This document shows, piece after piece, positions 57,047 through 64,000 of a stretch of DNA of 64,000 nt (position 1 is the stretch's first letter; every line of letters begins with the position of its first letter). Both the position numbers and the translations under genes were made by a program. Source of the DNA: Oscillospiraceae bacterium (GTDB taxonomy: Bacteria > Bacillota > Clostridia > Oscillospirales > CAG-272). The notes beneath the pieces are model-generated. The model was given only the letters and a program-made list of their open reading frames with translations. It ran no database searches and was not told where the DNA came from. The stretch is taken from assembly GCA_015063545.1 (NCBI GenBank), contig SVTX01000002.1:3672-67671 (forward strand), read 5' to 3'.

Positions 57047-57144
57047 TGCTTTATTACCTCACTTGAATTGAAAATGATACCATACTACTCCGCTTTTACA
57101 GTAGCACATGTATATAAACTCTCAAAGAGAATCTATCAAAAAAT

Positions 57145-57753
57145 TCATTTGTCGCCAAGCATATCCCTGAGCTTGCGTCTGGTCCTGTATATAGCATTAT
57201 TGACTGAACGAACGTCTGAACACTTGATCTTCTTGGCAATTTGAGCAGCCGACAGCCCGGATGCATAAAGCCACCAGATCCTTGCCTCGTATGGCGAAAG
57301 ATTGCTTTGAATGGTTTGAACCAGCATGCGAATGTTTTCATCGTCAACCACGTTCTGCAACGGGTCCGCATCATCTCCGTCTGCCGGCATATAACCTTGC
57401 ATCTCGTCCAATGAACTTACTCCTCGGTTACTCTGCGCTTTATACGCTCTGAGGAAAGTTATCAAACGGTTGTTGATGCAAACCTTGGCAAAAAGTCCGA
57501 ATTCCACGCCGTCATCTCTGCAATCGTACTTACATATTGCATCACAAAAAGCACTTATAGCTTCCTGATGCATGTCTTCTTTGTCTTGATTAGACATGTA
57601 ATCGGCATAAAATTTGTTTACCTGAGACTCAATAAGAGGGCTGTATTTACTTGTCAGAAACGAAAGCGATTCATTGCTTCCTTCTCTCGCCTTTTGGATA
57701 AGGGAATTTATCTCTTCCCTCGATACCAACGTCTTATTTTTGTCTGTAGTCAT
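57145..57753 (-). CDS. SigH-like sigma-70 family sigma factor
   Basis: FAKVCINNRLI (region 2), LSPYEARI..LY.SG.S..QIA and VNNAIYR.RRKL (region 4). ATG 57753 follows AGGAG. Confidence 0.8.
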   Translation of the reverse strand: MTTDKNKTLVSREEINSLIQKAREGSNESLSFLTSKYSPLIESQVNKFYADYMSNQDKEDMHQEAISAFCDAICKYDCRDDGVEFGLFAKVCINNRLITFLRAYKAQSNRGVSSLDEMQGYMPADGDDADPLQNVVDDENIRMLVQTIQSNLSPYEARIWWLYASGLSAAQIAKKIKCSDVRSVNNAIYRTRRKLRDMLGDK

Positions 57754-58009
57754 GTCTCTCCTATACACCTGTAAATACAATTACCATTACACACAATTCA
57801 TTTTATCATTAATTCTCCCAAAAGTCAAGCGTATTTTTTCGCACATTTTGTCGTCTTTAACAAATTTTCAAAAAATGTGGTTTAGTCTGTACAAATTTAA
57901 TTCACTTAATTTGTGGAAATTGGTCAACAGTTGTTGATTTTCTTGTAACTTTTGCACATTAATAAATTTAAAAGATTGTTAACTTTTTTATAATGAATCT
58001 TCAACATTA

Positions 58010-58561
58010 TCATTCAAACAGGAAATTAATATTTCCCGCAACAAGTGAAACAATACCTCTGTAAACTATTTCGGGATGATCTCTGAAATTATCCTCCATC
58101 TTCTGGGCAAACTTCAGATTATCAACGACAAGAGTAGTTGTAAGTATCGGTTCATTCTTTTCATTTACCTTGCATATTACGTCATATCTGCCGTCTTCCC
58201 TTTTTTCTATCTTGCACGAGATAGTGATACCTCTCTTTTTGAAGTCAAGATAACGAAGCGCGCATGACAAGCTTTTCTGCAAGAGCGCCATGTGTATCTC
58301 TCCGTGAAGCTCAGTCGCTATAAGTCTACCCTTGGGGCTTACCACGTAAAGATCGTCTCCGTCTTCGTTCTGACCGTATATATGAATAAGGTCTGCATCC
58401 AGCATCTCATGAAAGCTCTCCGCAAAATCCAAATACAAAACGTAATCATTCTGCATTACTATGTCGTTTATAGTAATGTAATCCATAGGATAGTTGATAT
58501 TCTGCATCAGATAAAGCACGAATATCTTTACATTTTGCTTGCCTCCGACAAGTGATCCCAT
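58010..58561 (-). CDS. DUF4364-family protein
   Basis: KIFVLYLM..I..PM N-terminus and length fit the family as I recall it. Confidence 0.6.
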   Translation of the reverse strand: MGSLVGGKQNVKIFVLYLMQNINYPMDYITINDIVMQNDYVLYLDFAESFHEMLDADLIHIYGQNEDGDDLYVVSPKGRLIATELHGEIHMALLQKSLSCALRYLDFKKRGITISCKIEKREDGRYDVICKVNEKNEPILTTTLVVDNLKFAQKMEDNFRDHPEIVYRGIVSLVAGNINFLFE

Positions 58562-58720
58562 ATATTATTCCTCCTTATATTTTTCAATTTCTATAATATT
58601 TTAGCACAAATATTATTTTTTTTCAATAGTAAGGTTGCATTTTTCAAAAAAATGTGATATTATATATCTATATTGCTTTAATTTGATAAAATATTGCAAA
58701 AACGAAAGGAATTCGTCACC

Positions 58721-59920
58721 ATGGCAAAAATAGCAATTTTGGGATTCGGCACCGTTGGTTCGGGTGTTGCCGACGTTCTGACACATAACAAAGACATCCT
58801 TACGAAAAAATTGGGAGAAAATATTGAGATAAAGTATATTCTTGATCTGCGCGACTTCCCCGGTCACTATTGCGAAAAGCTGGTTACTCACGACTTCAAC
58901 GATATTTTGAGTGACCCTGAGGTTTCCATCGTTGCCGAGATGATGGGCGGTTCTCACCCTGCATATGATTTTTCAAAGGCTTGTCTTGAAGCCGGCAAGA
59001 GCGTAGTTACCTCCAACAAAGAGGTAGTTGCAAAATTTGGTGCAGAGCTTCTTGAGATTGCAAAGGCTAATAAGGTTTCTTACCTCTTTGAGGCCAGCGT
59101 AGGAGGCGGTATTCCGATCATTCGCCCCATGTGCAACGATCTCTCGTCAAATAATATATGTAGCGTCAGTGGTATTCTCAACGGAACAACAAACTTTATC
59201 CTCACCAAGATGGACAAGGAGGGTGCAGAGTTCTCCGACGTCCTCCGCGAAGCACAGAAGCTTGGTTATGCAGAGGCAAATCCCACAGCAGACGTTGAAG
59301 GTATTGACGCGGCGCGAAAGATTGTTATTCTTGCAGCTCTGGCATACGGCAAGCTTGCAAGTCCCGACAATATCCACACCGAAGGAATCACAAAGATCTC
59401 AAAAACCGCAGTTGACGTTGCAAAAAAGCTCGGTTATTCTGTAAAGCTTATCGGACATACAAAAACAGTAAACGGCAAGATGCTTTGCATGGTATCCCCC
59501 AGACTTATCCCCGCGTCCAACCCTCTTTCGGGTATTGACGGAGTATTCAACGGCATACTTGTTTCGGGTGATATGGTCGGTCAGGTAATGTTCTACGGCC
59601 CCGGCGCGGGAAAGCTCCCCACGGCAAGTGCTGTTTGCGCTGACATTGTTGATATTGCGGCTCACGGAGGAGACAAAATAAAGCTCCCCACATTCACGCC
59701 CGCTTCGAGCGATGACCTGGCGAACTTTGACACTTATGAATGCAAGAGACTGTTCATCGTTAAAAATTGCAGAGACATGTCCTGCTTTGGAAAAACGGAC
59801 AAGGTGGTTTACGAGAATGGCTATGCTTGCTTCATTACCGATGAAATGAGCGAGGCTAAGTGTAATGCTCTGCTTGGAGATACATCTCTCGGAATAGTTG
59901 AAACTATCAGACTTCTTTGA
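58721..59920 (+). CDS. hom: Homoserine dehydrogenase
   Basis: GFGTVG, VVTSNK, FEASVGGGIP, GILNGTTNFIL, LGYAEANP..DVEG.DAARK and GAGKLPTASAV motifs. Confidence 0.95.
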   Translation: MAKIAILGFGTVGSGVADVLTHNKDILTKKLGENIEIKYILDLRDFPGHYCEKLVTHDFNDILSDPEVSIVAEMMGGSHPAYDFSKACLEAGKSVVTSNKEVVAKFGAELLEIAKANKVSYLFEASVGGGIPIIRPMCNDLSSNNICSVSGILNGTTNFILTKMDKEGAEFSDVLREAQKLGYAEANPTADVEGIDAARKIVILAALAYGKLASPDNIHTEGITKISKTAVDVAKKLGYSVKLIGHTKTVNGKMLCMVSPRLIPASNPLSGIDGVFNGILVSGDMVGQVMFYGPGAGKLPTASAVCADIVDIAAHGGDKIKLPTFTPASSDDLANFDTYECKRLFIVKNCRDMSCFGKTDKVVYENGYACFITDEMSEAKCNALLGDTSLGIVETIRLL

Positions 59921-59928
59921 TATCATAC

Positions 59929-59956
59929 GTCTCGTCGGGGGGCTTCCCGACGAGAC
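59929..59956 (+). terminator. Intrinsic terminator
   Basis: gtctcgtcggg ... cccgacgagac followed by a T-run. Confidence 0.75.
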
Positions 59957-59990
59957 AGTTTTTAAATTTTTTTGAAGGAAGGAAGTAAAA

Positions 59991-60698
59991 GTGAAAAGAA
60001 ACGGTTTTCTTCTGACACTCGTGGGAACCTTCGGCTCTATTATACTGACGATCATATATGCTCTTGCGCTGACCGGTATAGCAAAGTTGATATTCTCATG
60101 GCGACGGAACGGAGAAAGTGTTTTGGCTTTGATGCCTAACACTACCACGTATATAATAGTAGCCTTCTTTGTGTTTGAGATAGTCTTCTTCGTATGGCTG
60201 TTCTCTACTATGGCAAAGGAAAAGGAAGATAAGTTTGACGGCAAGCTTTTAAACGACAAAAAAGCAGGCAAAAAGCTTACCAAGTCCACCAAAATTGCAG
60301 GACTTGCAGGCATAGTCGTGCTTATAGCAATGATAGCGTGCAACGCAGGTATATATACCGAGGTAAGCAAAAATTCAATAAAGAAAAAGGTGTTTTTCTC
60401 TACTCAGGAATACACTTGGGACGACGTGTACAGGTACACTCTTGCTTGCGATGACGAGAAGGTATTGACGTATTCGGTGCAAATGCAGGACGGAACGACT
60501 TTTGAATTGTTTCAGAAATCAAATTCCTGCTCTGAGGAATTTGAGACAGAATTTGAAGACATACTCTCGTACGCCGTATATCTCTCAAACATCCTTGACA
60601 CCCGTGACAACATTCTCAAAGACGTTGATGATCCCGATATCGAAGCATTTTATAAGGAACACGGCGACTGGCAAAAAATAAAACAGATTATTGAATAA
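59991..60698 (+). CDS. Hypothetical membrane protein (3 TM plus soluble C-terminal domain)
   Basis: GTG start after AAGGAAGG and three hydrophobic segments. No family recognised. Confidence 0.65.
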   Translation: MKRNGFLLTLVGTFGSIILTIIYALALTGIAKLIFSWRRNGESVLALMPNTTTYIIVAFFVFEIVFFVWLFSTMAKEKEDKFDGKLLNDKKAGKKLTKSTKIAGLAGIVVLIAMIACNAGIYTEVSKNSIKKKVFFSTQEYTWDDVYRYTLACDDEKVLTYSVQMQDGTTFELFQKSNSCSEEFETEFEDILSYAVYLSNILDTRDNILKDVDDPDIEAFYKEHGDWQKIKQIIE

Positions 60699-60702
60699 TA
60701 AA

Positions 60703-60750
60703 ATCCCGATATTACGGAAGTCTTTTGTGACACATCCGAAATATCGGGAT
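60703..60750. terminator. Hairpin between convergent genes
   Basis: atcccgatatt ... aatatcgggat. Confidence 0.65.
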
Positions 60751-60754
60751 ATTT

Positions 60755-61972
60755 TTATTCACCCTTGATCTTTTTCCAATACTCCTCAGCGGCTTTTTCG
60801 GTTTTGTTTTCACCGAAATTGTAGTACTTTCTATCCTTAAGATCATTGGGAAGATATTGTTGCTTTACATAATGATTGGGGTAATCGTGGGGATATTTAT
60901 ACCCCTTGAAAAGCGGGCTTTGCAAATGCACCGGAGGAACCAACCCCCGTCCTTGAGATATGTCCTCTGCCGCCGCCGCATAAGCCATATACGCGGAATT
61001 GGACTTAGGAGCAGTCGCAAGCATCATAGCTGCGTGCATAAGCGGCAAACGTGCCTCGGGCATTCCAAGCTCACGCGCGGAGTCGCAACACGCTTTAACT
61101 ATTGCGGGTGCCATGGGGTACGCAAGTCCTATATCTTCGGAGGCTATTACCTGCAGACGCCTACACAAAGAAATAATATCTCCTTGCTCCAGCATTTTTG
61201 CAACGTAAAATGCCGTAGCATCGGGATCTGAGCCTCTTATGGACTTTTGAAGGCAGCCAAGCATATCATAATGCGTATCATCATTGAAATTGCCTATGCC
61301 CGAAGAAAACTCCTTTGCCACATCGGGTGTAATTTCAGTATCAGATGCAAAAAACGCGTTTTCAAAAAGCCCTATAGAACGGCGCACGTCTCCCCTTGCC
61401 GCCCTTGAAACAAAGTCGTAAAGCTCATCTGTTGCTGTCTTCTCCGTTCCGTTCTCTTTGTTTAAAAAATCAAGGGCGCGAACAAGCATTTTTTTAATTT
61501 CATGCGGTTCAACAGGCTTGAATTCAAACAGAGATGAGCGCGATATAACCGCATTGTAAACGTAAAAGTGCGGATTTTCGGTAGTGGAAGCTATAAGCGT
61601 TACCCGCCCGTCCTCAATATATTCAAGCAACGCCTGTTGTTGCTTGCGGTTGAAATACTGTATCTCGTCTATGTAAAGAAGTATTCCCGATGCTCCGAAA
61701 AGCGTGGATGTTGAGTTTAATATCTCCTTTACGTCAGACAGACTTGCGCTTGTAGCGTTTATTTTATGGAACGCCATACCCGACATTTGAGCAATTACGC
61801 CCGCCGCGGTGGTCTTCCCCGTGCCGGGGGGGCCATAAAATATCATATTCGTTATTCTGCCGCCCTCAAGCATACGGCGTATTATTCCTCGATCGCCAAA
61901 CAGATGCTTCTGTCCGACTATATCATCTATTGTTTGCGGACGAATAAGGTCCGCCAGCTGTGCGTTTCTCAT
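60755..61972 (-). CDS. rarA: Replication-associated recombination protein A (MgsA/RarA)
   Basis: LAD.IRP......VGQ.HL, GPPGTGKTT, DEIQYFN..QQ, KSIRGSDPDA and YKYPHD motifs. Confidence 0.94.
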   Translation of the reverse strand: MRNAQLADLIRPQTIDDIVGQKHLFGDRGIIRRMLEGGRITNMIFYGPPGTGKTTAAGVIAQMSGMAFHKINATSASLSDVKEILNSTSTLFGASGILLYIDEIQYFNRKQQQALLEYIEDGRVTLIASTTENPHFYVYNAVISRSSLFEFKPVEPHEIKKMLVRALDFLNKENGTEKTATDELYDFVSRAARGDVRRSIGLFENAFFASDTEITPDVAKEFSSGIGNFNDDTHYDMLGCLQKSIRGSDPDATAFYVAKMLEQGDIISLCRRLQVIASEDIGLAYPMAPAIVKACCDSARELGMPEARLPLMHAAMMLATAPKSNSAYMAYAAAAEDISQGRGLVPPVHLQSPLFKGYKYPHDYPNHYVKQQYLPNDLKDRKYYNFGENKTEKAAEEYWKKIKGE

Positions 61973-61985
61973 TTATGTCTCCAGA

Positions 61986-62915
61986 TCAAATTTTGAACAT
62001 GTCGGTAGATAAATATCTATCCCCTGTATCAGGTAAAAGCACCACTATTTTCTTGGAAGCGTTTTCGGGACGCTCCGCAATCTTTTTGGCTGCAAACAAT
62101 GCCGCCCCGGATGAAATACCCACAAGTATTCCTTCAAACACCGCAAGAGCTCTTCCTTCATTGTACGCGTCTTCCTCGCAGACCGCAATAACCTCATCGT
62201 AAACTGATGTATCCAATGTTTCGGGGATAAAGCCTGCGCCGATGCCCTGCAAGCCGTGCTTGCCCGCAATTCCCTTTGACAGATAAGGAGAATTATGGGG
62301 TTCTACCGCAACCACTCGAATATCGGGATTTTTATCTTTGAGATATTTGCCTGTTCCGCTGAGCGTTCCGCCTGTTCCGACTCCCGCAACAAAAATATCT
62401 ATATTTCCGCCCATATCTCCCCATATTTCCGGGCCTGTTGTCTCGTAATGTGCCTGCGGATTGGCAGGATTTGAAAACTGTCCCGCAATAATTGAATCCG
62501 GAATACTTTGCGAGAGTTCATCAGCCTTCGCGATAGCTCCCGCCATTCCTTGTTCTCCGGGTGTAAGAACTAAAGTTGCGCCGTAAGCCTTCATAAGCAA
62601 CTTTCTCTCCTCAGACATGTCATCGGGCATAACTATAATTACCTTGTACCCTCGGCTTGCGCCTATCGCACAAAGACCTATGCCGGTGTTTCCCGACGTA
62701 GGCTCGATTATAGTGCCTCCCGGCTTAAGTCTGCCGGACTGCTCTGCATCGTTTATCATGGAAAGCGCAACTCTGTCTTTGACAGAACCTGCCGGATTCA
62801 TCCCCTCAAGCTTTACATATATTTGGGATAAAAGGTTGTTTGCTTTGCTATAATTTGTTATCTCAAGCATGGGAGTGTTTCCTACAAGCTGAGAAACGGA
62901 TGTGTATATTTTCAT
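61986..62915 (-). CDS. cysK: Cysteine synthase A
   Basis: NPAGSVKDR, EPTSGNTGIG, GVGTGGT, QGIGAGFIP and PDTGDRYLST motifs. Confidence 0.95.
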   Translation of the reverse strand: MKIYTSVSQLVGNTPMLEITNYSKANNLLSQIYVKLEGMNPAGSVKDRVALSMINDAEQSGRLKPGGTIIEPTSGNTGIGLCAIGASRGYKVIIVMPDDMSEERKLLMKAYGATLVLTPGEQGMAGAIAKADELSQSIPDSIIAGQFSNPANPQAHYETTGPEIWGDMGGNIDIFVAGVGTGGTLSGTGKYLKDKNPDIRVVAVEPHNSPYLSKGIAGKHGLQGIGAGFIPETLDTSVYDEVIAVCEEDAYNEGRALAVFEGILVGISSGAALFAAKKIAERPENASKKIVVLLPDTGDRYLSTDMFKI

Positions 62916-62941
62916 ATTTTCCTCCGCAATTTACTGTATTA

Positions 62942-62971
62942 ATTATAGCACACGCGTACCGCACCTGTCAA
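62942..62971 (-). promoter_or_regulatory. Sigma-A promoter of cysK-rarA
   Basis: Minus strand TTGACA-N18-TATAAT with TG extension. Confidence 0.65.
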
Positions 62972-62997
62972 CATAAAATTATTTATCGAAACACTTC

Positions 62998-63026
62998 TTG
63001 ACTTTGCATTGTACGTGTGATATAAT
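62998..63026 (+). promoter_or_regulatory. Sigma-A promoter of the last operon
   Basis: TTGACT-N17-TATAAT with TG extension. Confidence 0.7.
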
Positions 63027-63060
63027 ATATAATACAATATTATTGTTTGGAGAAATGGTT

Positions 63061-63882
63061 ATGACAGAACGCAAGAAAAAGTACATACACCTATTTTACA
63101 GCGTCTATCTCTCGGTATTGATAATCAATGCCGCACTGCATATTATTTTTGCTGTTTGCGCAATATATTTTGGAGCAAATTCGGAATTTTCGCGCGAGAT
63201 CGTCTCAACGCAATTTGCAAAAATAGCAATTCCCGTATATATATGCCTTGGCGGTATAATCGTGGGATTCTTGCTTTCCCTGTTCCTTCCCGTAAATGAA
63301 AGCGCAATGCCTAAGGGAAAGTCAAAAAAGGACAAATCCAAGAAGAATTATAAAATGATATACGAAAGACTCGCCAAAAAGATCGATTTGTCACAGTGCG
63401 ATGCTGAGCTTTCTGAAAAAATCAAGAAAGAACGCAAGCTTCGTATGATATACTCTTACGTATGTCTCGGACTTACAGTATTATCGGCTATTCCTTTTAT
63501 GATCATCATCTGTAATCCTAACAGATATGACAAGTATCTTATAAACGAAAGCATCATTCCCTCCGTTATTATAATGTTTATCTGGTGTGTGCTTGCATTT
63601 ATATTCGTATTGGGATCAAGCATCATACGCACCGAAAGCATGAAATCCGAAATTCTTCTTCTTAAGGAAGCCATAGAAAACAAGAGTGGTCTGATTGTCG
63701 AAAAGGCAGAGACTCCCACCGCAGAAGAACAAAAGAAAAAACTTATTACCGTTTGGAGTATTCGAGGCGCAATAGTCACTGTAGCTCTCGTGTTCATTAT
63801 AATCGGAATTTGTAACGGCGGCATGGCAGATGTTCTCGGCAAAGCTGTCAGACTTTGTACCGAATGTATAGGATTGGGTTGA
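63061..63882 (+). CDS. Polytopic membrane protein ending in a CD1871A-like CxxC module
   Basis: Five TM segments and a C-terminal GG..DVL.KAVRLCTECIGLG. The family name is from recollection. Confidence 0.7.
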   Translation: MTERKKKYIHLFYSVYLSVLIINAALHIIFAVCAIYFGANSEFSREIVSTQFAKIAIPVYICLGGIIVGFLLSLFLPVNESAMPKGKSKKDKSKKNYKMIYERLAKKIDLSQCDAELSEKIKKERKLRMIYSYVCLGLTVLSAIPFMIIICNPNRYDKYLINESIIPSVIIMFIWCVLAFIFVLGSSIIRTESMKSEILLLKEAIENKSGLIVEKAETPTAEEQKKKLITVWSIRGAIVTVALVFIIIGICNGGMADVLGKAVRLCTECIGLG

Positions 63883-63886
63883 TATT

Positions 63887-64000
63887 ATGAAGATATGGAC
63901 AAAAATAAAAAAGTGGTTTGCTGACCATAAGCCTTCAAAACGAAGGATAATTCAGCTGTATGCGGCACTGCTTTTCAATGCCAATATAAAAGGATTTGTT
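63887..64000 (+). CDS. Probable membrane 4Fe-4S binding protein (3'-truncated)
   Basis: Reads MKIWTKIKKWFADHKPSKRRIIQLYAALLFNANIKGFV, open to the window edge. The R..Q....L..N....GF start is typical of the ferredoxin-type membrane protein that follows such CxxC modules (inference). Confidence 0.55.
   Translation, partial: MKIWTKIKKWFADHKPSKRRIIQLYAALLFNANIKGFV

Overview
A 64-kb chromosomal window from an anaerobic, probably spore-forming Clostridia-type Firmicute (inferred from gene content, sigma-A promoter consensus and ylmC/spoVB/sigH-like genes). It is mostly housekeeping: leuB, rRNA methyltransferases, typA, pckG, tadA, rpsB-tsf, ECF module, truA, ruvC/ruvAB, ABC exporters, hom, rarA, cysK. 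I found no tRNA, rRNA, CRISPR array, prophage or intact transposase. The strongest candidates for new biology are: (1) an intact 937-aa P-type-ATPase-like protein that has lost every catalytic motif, including the phosphorylated Asp; (2) a co-oriented redox/dNTP block (lexA-nrdG, nrdD fused to a glutaredoxin-like domain, trxB, minimal sufCB, a secreted nuclease, a ferredoxin:thioredoxin-reductase-like protein and trxA), which suggests a ferredoxin/thioredoxin-fed class III RNR; (3) two lipoproteins that carry unrelated enzymes (GH25 muramidase, SASA esterase) on the same Cys/His repeat stalk; (4) several regulatory arrangements: face-to-face promoters sharing one operator, a hairpin that hides the ylmC RBS, and NrdR and SOS boxes. 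Product calls come from motifs recognised by eye, not from database searches. Where the ORF track start looked over-extended I give the start supported by an RBS.
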